Source: Candidatus Solibacter sp.
GTDB lineage: Bacteria > Acidobacteriota > Terriglobia > Acidiferrales > UBA7541
Assembly: GCA_035499815.1 (NCBI GenBank)
Contig: DATJXZ010000022.1
Location: forward strand, 34,031-98,030
Direction of reading: 5' to 3'
Length of the DNA stretch: 64,000 bases
Below the pieces are notes generated by a model. The model was given only the letters and a program-made list of their open reading frames with translations. It was not told where the DNA came from and did not search any database. Made by a program: the position numbers and the translations under genes. This document shows positions 1-7,323 of the stretch, in pieces; the stretch's first letter is position 1, and each line of letters begins with the position of its first letter.

Positions 1-1671
1 GCTCTTGGGTTCCCACTCCTTGGCAAATTCGGTGAGGCGCGTGACGTACTTGCGGTCTTGCGGGCCTGCGCGTTGCGCGATTTCAAGCCATTCGAGGAGA
101 TCGGCGAGGATTTCGCGAGCTGGGCGGCGGAGAGTCTTGCGTTGGTCGGAAAGAAATTCAAAGAGTTGGGGGAGCGCCGCGTGGGAAGTATCGAAGGCAA
201 GCTGGCCTTGCGGAGCTTGCAGCATGTCGTGGAGAGCTTTTTTTTCTTTTCGCGCGCGCTCCGCGAGACGCACGAGATCGGCGGGGTCGAGCCCCCACGC
301 GGGAGCTGCGAGGACGCGGGCGCACGCGATGTCGTCGAACGGTTTGGCGATCAGCCGCATGTAGGAGAGAACGTCTTTGACCAGTGGATGATCGAGGATG
401 GAGAGCTTGCTGATGACGAACGGGATTTTGTGGCTGGAAAGCTCTTCGACGAGTTCGTCGCGGTGGGCGTGCTGGCGGTAGAGCACTGCGAAATCGCGCC
501 ATTTGCGCCCGGCAGCGTGAAGGCGCTGGAGTTCGAGGGCGATCCAGCGCGCTTCATCCTCTTCCGTTTCCATCTCGACGATGCGGATTTTTTCGCTTTC
601 TTCCTTGTTGGCGCTGAGAACTTTTTTGGGGAAGTCGGCGCTGACGGTATTTTGCGCGATGACTTGCGTGGCGACACGAAGGATGTTGGGCGTCGAGCGG
701 TAATTTTCGACGAGCGAGACGCGGAATTTCGTGGAGTCCTGCCCTTCGCGCCAGCCGGCGAAACGCTCGAGGAAAAGTTTGAAGCTGCCAAAGGAAGCGC
801 CACGGAAACGATAGATGGCTTGGTCGTTGTCGCCCACGGCGACGATGTTTCTTTTTTCTCCGGCCAGGAGTTCGAGGAGACGCAGCTGCGCGATGTTGGT
901 GTCTTGGAATTCGTCCACGAGAATGTAGCGGTATTTTTCCTGCAGTGCGCGGCGAAGGTCGGCGTTGGTTTCGAGCAGCTCGACCGCGCCGGTGATGAGC
1001 GAACCGAACGAGACACGCTTTTTCTCGCGAAGCAGTTCTTGGCTTGCGCGATAGGCTCGCGCGATTTCCAGCTGCAGGGCGACTTCTTCGGCGCGCTCCT
1101 TGTACGTCTCCTCGTCGAGTGCGGCTCGCTCGGACTCGAGTTGCGCCGCCAGACTGTCCGCGTAGCGCTGATAGTCTTCGGAGGAGACGAGTTCGTCCTG
1201 GCAGCGCGAAAAAAATTCGACGAAGTCGTTCAAAAATTGGCCCGGATCGGCGAGACGGCGATATTTATCGAGCCTGAGGCGTTCGAGATTGCGGCGCAGA
1301 AGAATCCAGTGATCGACCTTGTCAATCATCAGGCGCTCCGGCATGGCTTCTTTCAACAGGCTTTCGCAGAACGCGTGAAAAGTTTGCAGCGTGACGTTTT
1401 TTCCGCGTTCGCCCGTGGCACGCACCACTCGCGCTTTCATTTCGCCGGCCGCTTTGTTAGTGAAGGTCAGGCCGAGGATGTTTTCGCCGGAAAGTGTTTC
1501 ATCAGATTGCAGCAGATGCCGGATGCGCTCGGTGATGACGCGCGTCTTGCCCGTTCCCGCGCCCGCAATGACGAGCAGTGGACCTTCGCCATGCGTGATC
1601 GCCCGCCGCTGCGCTTCGTTCAGTCGCAGCTCGCTCTGCGGAGGCGGATCAAGCTCAAACAAAGTTGCCAT
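1..1671 (-). CDS. UvrD/Rep/PcrA-family (SF1) ATP-dependent DNA helicase. N-terminal 557 codons only; the gene runs off the left edge of the window.
   Basis: Absent from the ORF track because no stop codon lies in the window. Reverse-strand translation from ATG 1671 reads MATLFELDPPPQSELRLNEAQRRAITHGEGPLLVIAGAGTGKTRVITERI (Walker A). Further on come KYRYILVDEFQDTN and NIVAVGDNDQAIYRFRGA, which are SF1 helicase motifs. The + strand ORF 58..1791 is its antisense shadow. Confidence 0.9.
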   Translation of the reverse strand, partial: MATLFELDPPPQSELRLNEAQRRAITHGEGPLLVIAGAGTGKTRVITERIRHLLQSDETLSGENILGLTFTNKAAGEMKARVVRATGERGKNVTLQTFHAFCESLLKEAMPERLMIDKVDHWILLRRNLERLRLDKYRRLADPGQFLNDFVEFFSRCQDELVSSEDYQRYADSLAAQLESERAALDEETYKERAEEVALQLEIARAYRASQELLREKKRVSFGSLITGAVELLETNADLRRALQEKYRYILVDEFQDTNIAQLRLLELLAGEKRNIVAVGDNDQAIYRFRGASFGSFKLFLERFAGWREGQDSTKFRVSLVENYRSTPNILRVATQVIAQNTVSADFPKKVLSANKEESEKIRIVEMETEEDEARWIALELQRLHAAGRKWRDFAVLYRQHAHRDELVEELSSHKIPFVISKLSILDHPLVKDVLSYMRLIAKPFDDIACARVLAAPAWGLDPADLVRLAERARKEKKALHDMLQAPQGQLAFDTSHAALPQLFEFLSDQRKTLRRPAREILADLLEWLEIAQRAGPQDRKYVTRLTEFAKEWEPKS

Positions 1672-1711
1672 AGCCTAAGAAGGGTAATGGATTTTCAGGC
1701 GAAGAGGAAAT

Positions 1712-2308
1712 CTAGTTGGCACTCAGGTTCTTTTTCGTTGAGAACAGTGTGGCGCGCCGCGAAGATTCGCCGACGGAAACTTTGGCGGTGAACTCGGCGG
1801 ATTTGCCGCGCGGGACGCTGAGCGAATCCCACTTTCCCGTTTTTGTAAACGCGAAGTGTTTGGCGAGGAACAGGATTTGGCCGGCGTGGTGCGCGTAGTG
1901 CGCGATTTGGCGGTTGATGGCTTGCATCACGGAATGCGGTTCCGAGCGAATTGTCACCGTGCGCGTGAGATCCGCTTCCGTCAGCGGTTCCAGCGCGTCG
2001 AAGACATACTTCCAGCCGCGTTCCCAAATTTCCATCAATTCGGCGCGCGCCTGGGGAGGGTTCTCGAATTCGGTGTCACGCTGGCGGTCGGGCTTTTCGC
2101 CATCCGTGGTTAGAAAATCGCGCCAGCGCGAGCGCATGTTGCCTGCCATGTGTTTCACGATGATGGCGATAGAGTTCGATTCGGGGTCGAGAGCAGTAAA
2201 GAGAGATTCTTCCGGGCATTGGGCCATCGCGCGCTCGGCCAGCTTCTTGTAATAGTGGAAGAGGCCGATCGAGTCGCTCAGGTAGTTGGTGGAAAGTTGG
2301 TGAGACAT
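1712..2308 (-). CDS. DUF1572-type DinB-superfamily protein
   Basis: 198-aa ORF. Its sequence (IVKHMAGNMRSRWRDFLTTDGEKPDRQRDTEF ... AINRQIAHYAHHAGQI) has the His-containing four-helix pattern typical of DinB/DUF1572 proteins. It lies 40 nt upstream of the helicase gene on the same strand, so co-transcription is likely. Confidence 0.8.
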   Translation of the reverse strand: MSHQLSTNYLSDSIGLFHYYKKLAERAMAQCPEESLFTALDPESNSIAIIVKHMAGNMRSRWRDFLTTDGEKPDRQRDTEFENPPQARAELMEIWERGWKYVFDALEPLTEADLTRTVTIRSEPHSVMQAINRQIAHYAHHAGQILFLAKHFAFTKTGKWDSLSVPRGKSAEFTAKVSVGESSRRATLFSTKKNLSAN

Positions 2309-2401
2309 GAGGGTATTTTGTCGCGAGCGAGCGCGTTGTCAACAGCGATTCGCCTTGATTGGCACCTGAGAGCGGGGCTCGAAGTGGAGGAAAAATAAAG
2401 C

Positions 2402-2431
2402 TTGACATTTCGCCTTTTGTTCGCCTATGAT
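2402..2431 (+). promoter_or_regulatory. Sigma70-like promoter of the DinB-family gene with an embedded direct repeat TTCGC-N6-TTCGC (candidate LexA operator)
   Basis: TTGACA lies at 2402-2407 and TATGAT at 2426-2431, with an 18-nt spacer. Within the spacer, TTCGC (2409-2413), CTTTTG, then TTCGC (2420-2424) followed by C. The lexA promoter at 29627-29655 has the same architecture. Confidence 0.55.
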
Positions 2432-2467
2432 TCCGCCGCTGAGTGGCGACATTTCATGGAGGCGGAT

Positions 2468-2995
2468 ATGACCATTGGGCAATCGATGCTGCCGGAATTT
2501 GACGAGGAGATGAAGAATACGCGCAAGGTACTCGAGCGGGTGCCCGACGAGAAGTGGAATTGGAAGCCGCACGAGAAGTCCGGAACACTGGGCTGGCTCG
2601 CGGCCCACGTCGGGAACGTTCCGAGCTGGATCACCATGACCATTAACACGGAAGAGCTGGACTACGCGCCGGTGAATGGCCCTTCCTACGAGCCACCGAA
2701 GATCACGAACAGGAATGAACTCCTGGCGGCGTTCGACAAAGACAGCGCGGAAGCGCGCGCGGCGCTCGCCGGTGTCAGCGATGCAGAGATTATGAAGGGC
2801 TGGAAGCTCCTGGCTGGCGGCCAGGAAATCTTTACGCTGCCGCGCGTGGCTTGCATTCGCAGCATGTGCATGAATCACATGATTCATCACCGCGCTCAGC
2901 TAACGGTGTATTTCCGGCTGCTGAACGTGGCTGTGCCTGGTCTGTATGGACCGAGCGCCGACGAAGCCACCCCAAGCGCCGCCGGCGCGAACTGA
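2468..2995 (+). CDS. DinB-family (DinB_2-like) damage-inducible protein
   Basis: The ORF track gives 2402..2995. I prefer ATG 2468 (MTIGQSMLPEFDEEMKNTRKVLERVPDEKWNWKPHEKS), which is a typical DinB_2 N-terminus. The conserved His-rich C-terminal helix MCMNHMIHHRAQL is present. Confidence 0.85.
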   Translation: MTIGQSMLPEFDEEMKNTRKVLERVPDEKWNWKPHEKSGTLGWLAAHVGNVPSWITMTINTEELDYAPVNGPSYEPPKITNRNELLAAFDKDSAEARAALAGVSDAEIMKGWKLLAGGQEIFTLPRVACIRSMCMNHMIHHRAQLTVYFRLLNVAVPGLYGPSADEATPSAAGAN

Positions 2996-3124
2996 ATAGG
3001 AATAGGGGAGGCGGGTGCCTGCCTGCTTCCCCGCACCAACAGCCTGGAACCCCGTCCTCCAGGCAGTCTCGGAATCATCGCGCTATAATAGGGTGCGTCG
3101 ATCTTCGGGAGGTTCACTACGCAC

Positions 3125-4309
3125 ATGGAAATTCCGGTCATTTTGTCTGCAGTTCGCACTCCCATCGGAAAATTTCAAGGAGGCCTCGCCAGTTTTCCGG
3201 CGACGGAGCTGGGAGGAAAAATTGTTGCCGAAGCCATGCGACGTGCGGGGATCGACTCTAAAGAAGTAGACGAAGCCATCCTTGGCAATGTGGTGCAAGC
3301 AGGCCTCGGCCAGAATCCTGCACGCCAGGCGGCGCTGAAAGGCGGCTGTGCGCCGCGCGTCGCGGCGATGACCATCAACAAAGTTTGTGGCTCGGGATTG
3401 AAAGCAGTTGGGTTAGCGGCGCAGGCCGTGACTCTCGGCGAATCGGAAATCGTGGTAGCGGGCGGCATGGAGTCCATGTCCAACTGTCCGTATTTGCTGC
3501 CGAACGCTCGTACCGGGTATCGACTCGGCGATCAGAAAGTCGTCGACTCGATGATTCACGACGGCCTATGGGACGCTTACGAAGATTTCCACATGGGCGT
3601 GACCGGCGAACTGGTGGCCGAAAAATACGGAATTACGCGCGAGGAGCAGGACCGGTTCGCCGTGGAAAGCCACCAGAAAGCCGTTCACGCGCGCAAGTCG
3701 TGTTTTTTTGAGGCGCAGATTCTGCCTGTTGAAGTGCCGCAAAAAAAAGGCGCGCCGGTCGTCATCAAATTCGATGAATCGCCCCGCGAAGATACCTCGA
3801 TGGAAGCGCTGGCAAAGTTGAAGCCAGCGTTCAAAAAGGACGGCACAGTCACCGCGGGAAACGCTCCCGGCACGAACGATGGAGCGGCAGCGCTGATTGT
3901 GACCAGCGAGCGAAACGCGTCGCGTCTCGGCAAGCAGCCGATGGCTCGGATCGTGGCGCAAGCCGTCAGCGGCGTCGAGCCCAAGTGGGTGATGATGGCG
4001 CCCGTGGACGCGGTAGAAAAGCTGCTGACCAAAACCGGATGGGACCGCGACAAAGATGTTGATTTGATCGAGCTGAACGAAGCTTTCGCCGTTGCGGCCA
4101 TCGCCGTAACGCGCCAACTCCGGCTCAATCCGGAGAAGGTGAATGTAAATGGCGGTGCGGTCGCGCTCGGCCATCCCATCGGCGCCAGCGGTGCGCGCAT
4201 TTTAGTCACGCTTCTCTATGAAATGCAGCGCCGGAATCTCAAACGTGGCATCGCCGCTCTCTGCCTTGGCGGCGGCAACGCTGTGGCCCTCGCCGTCGAA
4301 CGCTACTAG
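3125..4309 (+). CDS. Acetyl-CoA C-acetyltransferase (thiolase II)
   Basis: 394 aa. Active-site Cys context [12 protein letters not shown]-terminal [17 protein letters not shown] and [13 protein letters not shown]. This is a full-length thiolase pattern. Confidence 0.95.
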   Translation: MEIPVILSAVRTPIGKFQGGLASFPATELGGKIVAEAMRRAGIDSKEVDEAILGNVVQAGLGQNPARQAALKGGCAPRVAAMTINKVCGSGLKAVGLAAQAVTLGESEIVVAGGMESMSNCPYLLPNARTGYRLGDQKVVDSMIHDGLWDAYEDFHMGVTGELVAEKYGITREEQDRFAVESHQKAVHARKSCFFEAQILPVEVPQKKGAPVVIKFDESPREDTSMEALAKLKPAFKKDGTVTAGNAPGTNDGAAALIVTSERNASRLGKQPMARIVAQAVSGVEPKWVMMAPVDAVEKLLTKTGWDRDKDVDLIELNEAFAVAAIAVTRQLRLNPEKVNVNGGAVALGHPIGASGARILVTLLYEMQRRNLKRGIAALCLGGGNAVALAVERY

Positions 4310-4371
4310 CTCGAGTTCAACATTCTCCTTGCAATCCTGAACCTCAAAAGGCCGCGGGGCTTTGCCCTGCG

Positions 4372-5004
4372 CTACATGCTTTGCGCTGCATTTTCCGGCA
4401 ACATGCCACTTCCCAATTCACACGCGCAATACGGGCAATATTTGTCCGTCTCCACGACTTCGTGTTTGCAATTGGGGCAGGAAGGGTGGAGGTTGCATTT
4501 GCAGTTGGGGCAGAAGTTAAAACGGGCACCTACACTCTTCCCGCACTGCGGGCAATCGTAGGGCAGCGGCTCGCGCATCAGGAAATAGATTAGGAAGCCG
4601 ATGAACGTCCAGGCGGGGAGCAGGACGATCACGAGAAGCGTCCAAAGCGCGGAGTTCATGCCGCGGCGCTTCGCATCGCGATTGACATAGCCGATCAGGA
4701 AAACGAAGATGGCCACGAACAAAGCAACCATGGAAACGACTCCGGCCAAGGCCAGATAGGAGAGCCAGGGAGTGTCCCTTACGTCCGGGGCAAAGACATC
4801 GCCATTGTGGTAGAAGTTCCAATAGTTGACGAACATCGCAATGCCCAAGGCCAGCAGATAAAGACCGACGACGGTCCAAATCAGCCCGCGCGGCACGATG
4901 CGAAACTCGTCCCAGAACCGCAGATTCTCTTTCTTCCGCCGCAGCCTGATGAGCTTCATCCGCTCGTTGAATGAACCACTCACTTTTTGCGAATAGTCTG
5001 TCAT
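4372..5004 (-). CDS. Membrane protein with a C-terminal double zinc-ribbon
   Basis: Hydrophobic segments (LIWTVVGLYLLALGIAMFV, LALAGVVSMVALFVAIFVFLIGY, LWTLLVIVLLPAWTFIGFLIYFL) are followed by CPQCG...CPNCK...CPNCK...CPYCA. I prefer ATG 5004, which has GAGGGA 5 nt upstream, over the track start at GTG 5016. Confidence 0.75.
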   Translation of the reverse strand: MTDYSQKVSGSFNERMKLIRLRRKKENLRFWDEFRIVPRGLIWTVVGLYLLALGIAMFVNYWNFYHNGDVFAPDVRDTPWLSYLALAGVVSMVALFVAIFVFLIGYVNRDAKRRGMNSALWTLLVIVLLPAWTFIGFLIYFLMREPLPYDCPQCGKSVGARFNFCPNCKCNLHPSCPNCKHEVVETDKYCPYCACELGSGMLPENAAQSM

Positions 5005-5048
5005 TTCATCCCTCACTCAATTCCGTGTCACAGCTCGCGCGCCGCGCA

Positions 5049-5531
5049 TTAGCGGCCGGACCAGTCGCGTTCGTTCGCCTGCCGCACGTTTTCTAGAATT
5101 ACGATGGCCGCCGCGAACAGCGCGGGAATCGCCCACCACAGGCCAAATCCAAATTCCAGCACCAGCCGCGGAGCGCCGGTGCGCTCACCGATCCATTGGA
5201 TCGCTTGCCAGACGTACGGCGCGGTGGCAATTCCGAGCGCCCAGGAAATCGCGCAAATGACCCAAAGAAGGCTGCGCTTCGGTTCGCGCTCGCGCAATTC
5301 CTGAGCACGCAATTGCACGCGAAAACGAGTGCGCTCGGCAAGTCCGCGCGGGAGGGCAATCGCCGCTCCGCGAAACGCTCGGAGGGCTTCGTGGGTTTGT
5401 TTGGCGATTTGGGAGCAACTTTCGCACTGGCGCAGATGCTCAGCAAGCCAGTCGCCCTCCGCCTGGGAAATTCCTTCGACGCGCTCTTGCGAAATTAATT
5501 TTTCCGCCCGTGCGTGCAGATTGTCGATCAT
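5049..5531 (-). CDS. Anti-sigma factor (zf-HC2-like N-terminus, C-terminal transmembrane segments)
   Basis: 160 aa. HLRQCESCSQ is an H-x3-C-x2-C motif. Two hydrophobic segments follow. The start overlaps the stop of the upstream sigma-factor gene (ATGA at 5528-5531). Confidence 0.8.
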   Translation of the reverse strand: MIDNLHARAEKLISQERVEGISQAEGDWLAEHLRQCESCSQIAKQTHEALRAFRGAAIALPRGLAERTRFRVQLRAQELREREPKRSLLWVICAISWALGIATAPYVWQAIQWIGERTGAPRLVLEFGFGLWWAIPALFAAAIVILENVRQANERDWSGR

Positions 5532-6091
5532 GCCGCGCCTCCATGCATCGCGCCACGCAAGGCCTCGAGTCCTCGATAAAGCCGCGACTTGACGGTGGAG
5601 AGCGGAGCGGCCAGAACGCCAGCGATTTCCTCGAGACCAAGCTCTTCCTGAAAACGGAGAACGAGCACCTCGCGATAGACGCCAGGAACACGGTCGAGCG
5701 AAGCGTGGATGCCGGACTTTTCTTCGGCGCTCAGGACCAGATGCAACGGCGAAGGCTGATTCTTCGCTGCGAATTCCATCGGGGCGCCTTCTTCCGGGTC
5801 AATCAAGGCGTCGAGACTCAACATTTTCTTCGAGCGCTGCCAGTCGATCACCAAATTGCGGGCGATGCGGAAGAGCCAGGACTCGAACTTGTATTTGCCG
5901 TCGTATTGATGACCGCGTTCGAGGACGCGAATCCAGGTTTCCTGGAAAAAATCTTCGGCGCGCTCGCGGCTGGAAGTGAGATAGAGCAAATAGCGAAAAA
6001 GGCGGTATTGATACTGCTCGATGAGCTGATCGAGCAGGCCGGGGTCGCGGCGTTTGAGCCCCTGGGCGAGGGCCTTGTTTTCGTCGAGCAT
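5528..6091 (-). CDS. ECF-type RNA polymerase sigma factor (sigma-70 family, group 4)
   Basis: Region 2 (AEDFFQETWIRVLE ... FESWLFRIARNLVIDWQR) and region 4 (VLVLRFQEELGLEEIAGVLAAPLSTVKSRLYRG). I prefer ATG 6091 (MLDENKALAQGL...). The track ORF extends to 6295 through non-sigma-like sequence. Confidence 0.9.
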   Translation of the reverse strand: MLDENKALAQGLKRRDPGLLDQLIEQYQYRLFRYLLYLTSSRERAEDFFQETWIRVLERGHQYDGKYKFESWLFRIARNLVIDWQRSKKMLSLDALIDPEEGAPMEFAAKNQPSPLHLVLSAEEKSGIHASLDRVPGVYREVLVLRFQEELGLEEIAGVLAAPLSTVKSRLYRGLEALRGAMHGGAA

Positions 6092-6324
6092 CTGTGCGGA
6101 GAAGAAAAGAAATGACCTCGATGCTGCAGGGGTCAGAGTTGTAAATGTCGCGCTCATTCTACAGGGCATACGAGCCGGCGCGGCAAAAAGACGCAAAGGC
6201 CAAAGACATTGACCCTGTACATGAATGGCAGCGGGATCCGGATTGGGGTCGGCGCTGCCAAATGTGAGCCCCTCGGTCAGATGGTGTGGCGTCATTGGAG
6301 CCGGGAGGGTTGGGTTGCCCCCTA

Positions 6325-6452
6325 CCCCCCCTGGTTTTTTCGTAAGTGTTCATTCTAAAGGGTTTTAAATCCTGTGTTTTGTAAGTGCGGATTCTAAAGG
6401 GGTTTCGGGCGAGTTTTTCGGAAGTGCGGATTGTAAAGGACTTAGTGGCGAG
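6325..6452 (+). repeat. Three tandem copies (39-nt period) of a short intergenic repeat, preceded by a C-tract
   Basis: The C-tract is CCCCTACCCCCCCTGG. Each unit is a T-run plus a core: GTAAGTGTTCATTCTAAAGGGTTT (6342), GTAAGTGCGGATTCTAAAGGGGTT (6381) and GGAAGTGCGGATTGTAAAGGACTT (6420). A fourth copy lies at 17591-17628. Confidence 0.8.
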
Positions 6453-7323
6453 TGGCGGGTGGTGAGTGCCTAGCCTTGATAGAAAATGCAGATTTTTCTC
6501 GCGCGGAGGGCGCGGAGACGCAGAGGTCCTCCGTACCTTCGGATTGGCAACCGGGGAGTGGTGCCCACACCCCGGGTGTTTTGCGCAAAGAGTGCGGAAA
6601 GCATTGAAGGTATGGAAGATAGCGATTCCGGCGATGCAAAAGAGTGCGCAAGAGTATGAAAACAAAGGGATGGTTGCGAGTGGAAGCGGAAACTCGGAGC
6701 TGAAAGCCCAGGCGCAGGCGTGAAGCACGGGCGAATTTCGATGGTTGAAGGGGTGAAAAAGGCGGGCGGGTAGCGGAGGCAAGGCGGTGACTCCTTTCTC
6801 CTCCGCGACGAAACAAAATGAAGTATAGCAGATTTGTGTTTATTGTCAAGTAATACTTATAAGTCATTATAGAACAGTAGCTTGCGGATAGGAAGTTGAG
6901 GTTGAGATGGGAAGGGAAACGTCAAAGTTCGCACCCCAGAACCGGAGCGGCACCCCGCCGAGAAAACACAGATTCAAAATCGTCCCCGGGGGATAAGGGT
7001 GCTCGACTCGCCCAACCAAACATTGACGTCAGGGAAAAGGACGTGTCGGGACACCTTGTAAAGGATGTCATGGGATTAAACACCAGGAACAAAACCGCGA
7101 AGGTTTGGCCGACCCTGAGGGATACAGAGTCGGAATCATTGCGTCGCGTTGGGCGGCGGCCAGTGGCTGATACCAGGTCCCACCTGTCAGTTTTACCAGT
7201 AGGCCGCGCTAAGCCCGCCTGTCAGTTATACCGATAATTTTTACTGCATCGGGTGTGTTCCAAGAGGAGGGTAGTCTCACCCACACCTAGGATCCTTGTG
7301 CCATCAATCGCGCGTGGTGAAAT

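Noticed and set aside
58-1791. 577-aa + strand ORF covering the left end of the window
   Set aside because: It is the antisense shadow of the UvrD-like helicase. The reverse frame carries unmistakable SF1 helicase motifs, whereas this frame is Gly/Arg/Glu/Phe-rich with no motifs.
6325-6452. Whether the 39-nt-period repeats are a CRISPR array
   Set aside because: The repeats are degenerate, the intervening 'spacers' are only about 13-15 nt, there are just three units, and no cas genes are present in the window.
6159-6867. ORFs 6159..6782 and 6442..6867 (-) across the repeat region
   Set aside because: They run through the tandem repeats, giving the repetitive FRIRT-type peptide. They have low-complexity Pro/Arg/Ser composition and no plausible start context, so I treat them as non-coding.
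6896-7237. 113-aa + ORF, plus a 29-codon ATG ORF at 6907 (MGRETSKFAPQNRSGTPPRKHRFKIVPGG) downstream of a promoter-like TTGTCA-17-ATTATA near 6848-6876
   Set aside because: There is no family resemblance. The composition is basic and low-complexity, and the long ORF starts at TTG. A small peptide gene cannot be excluded, but nothing in the sequence alone supports it.
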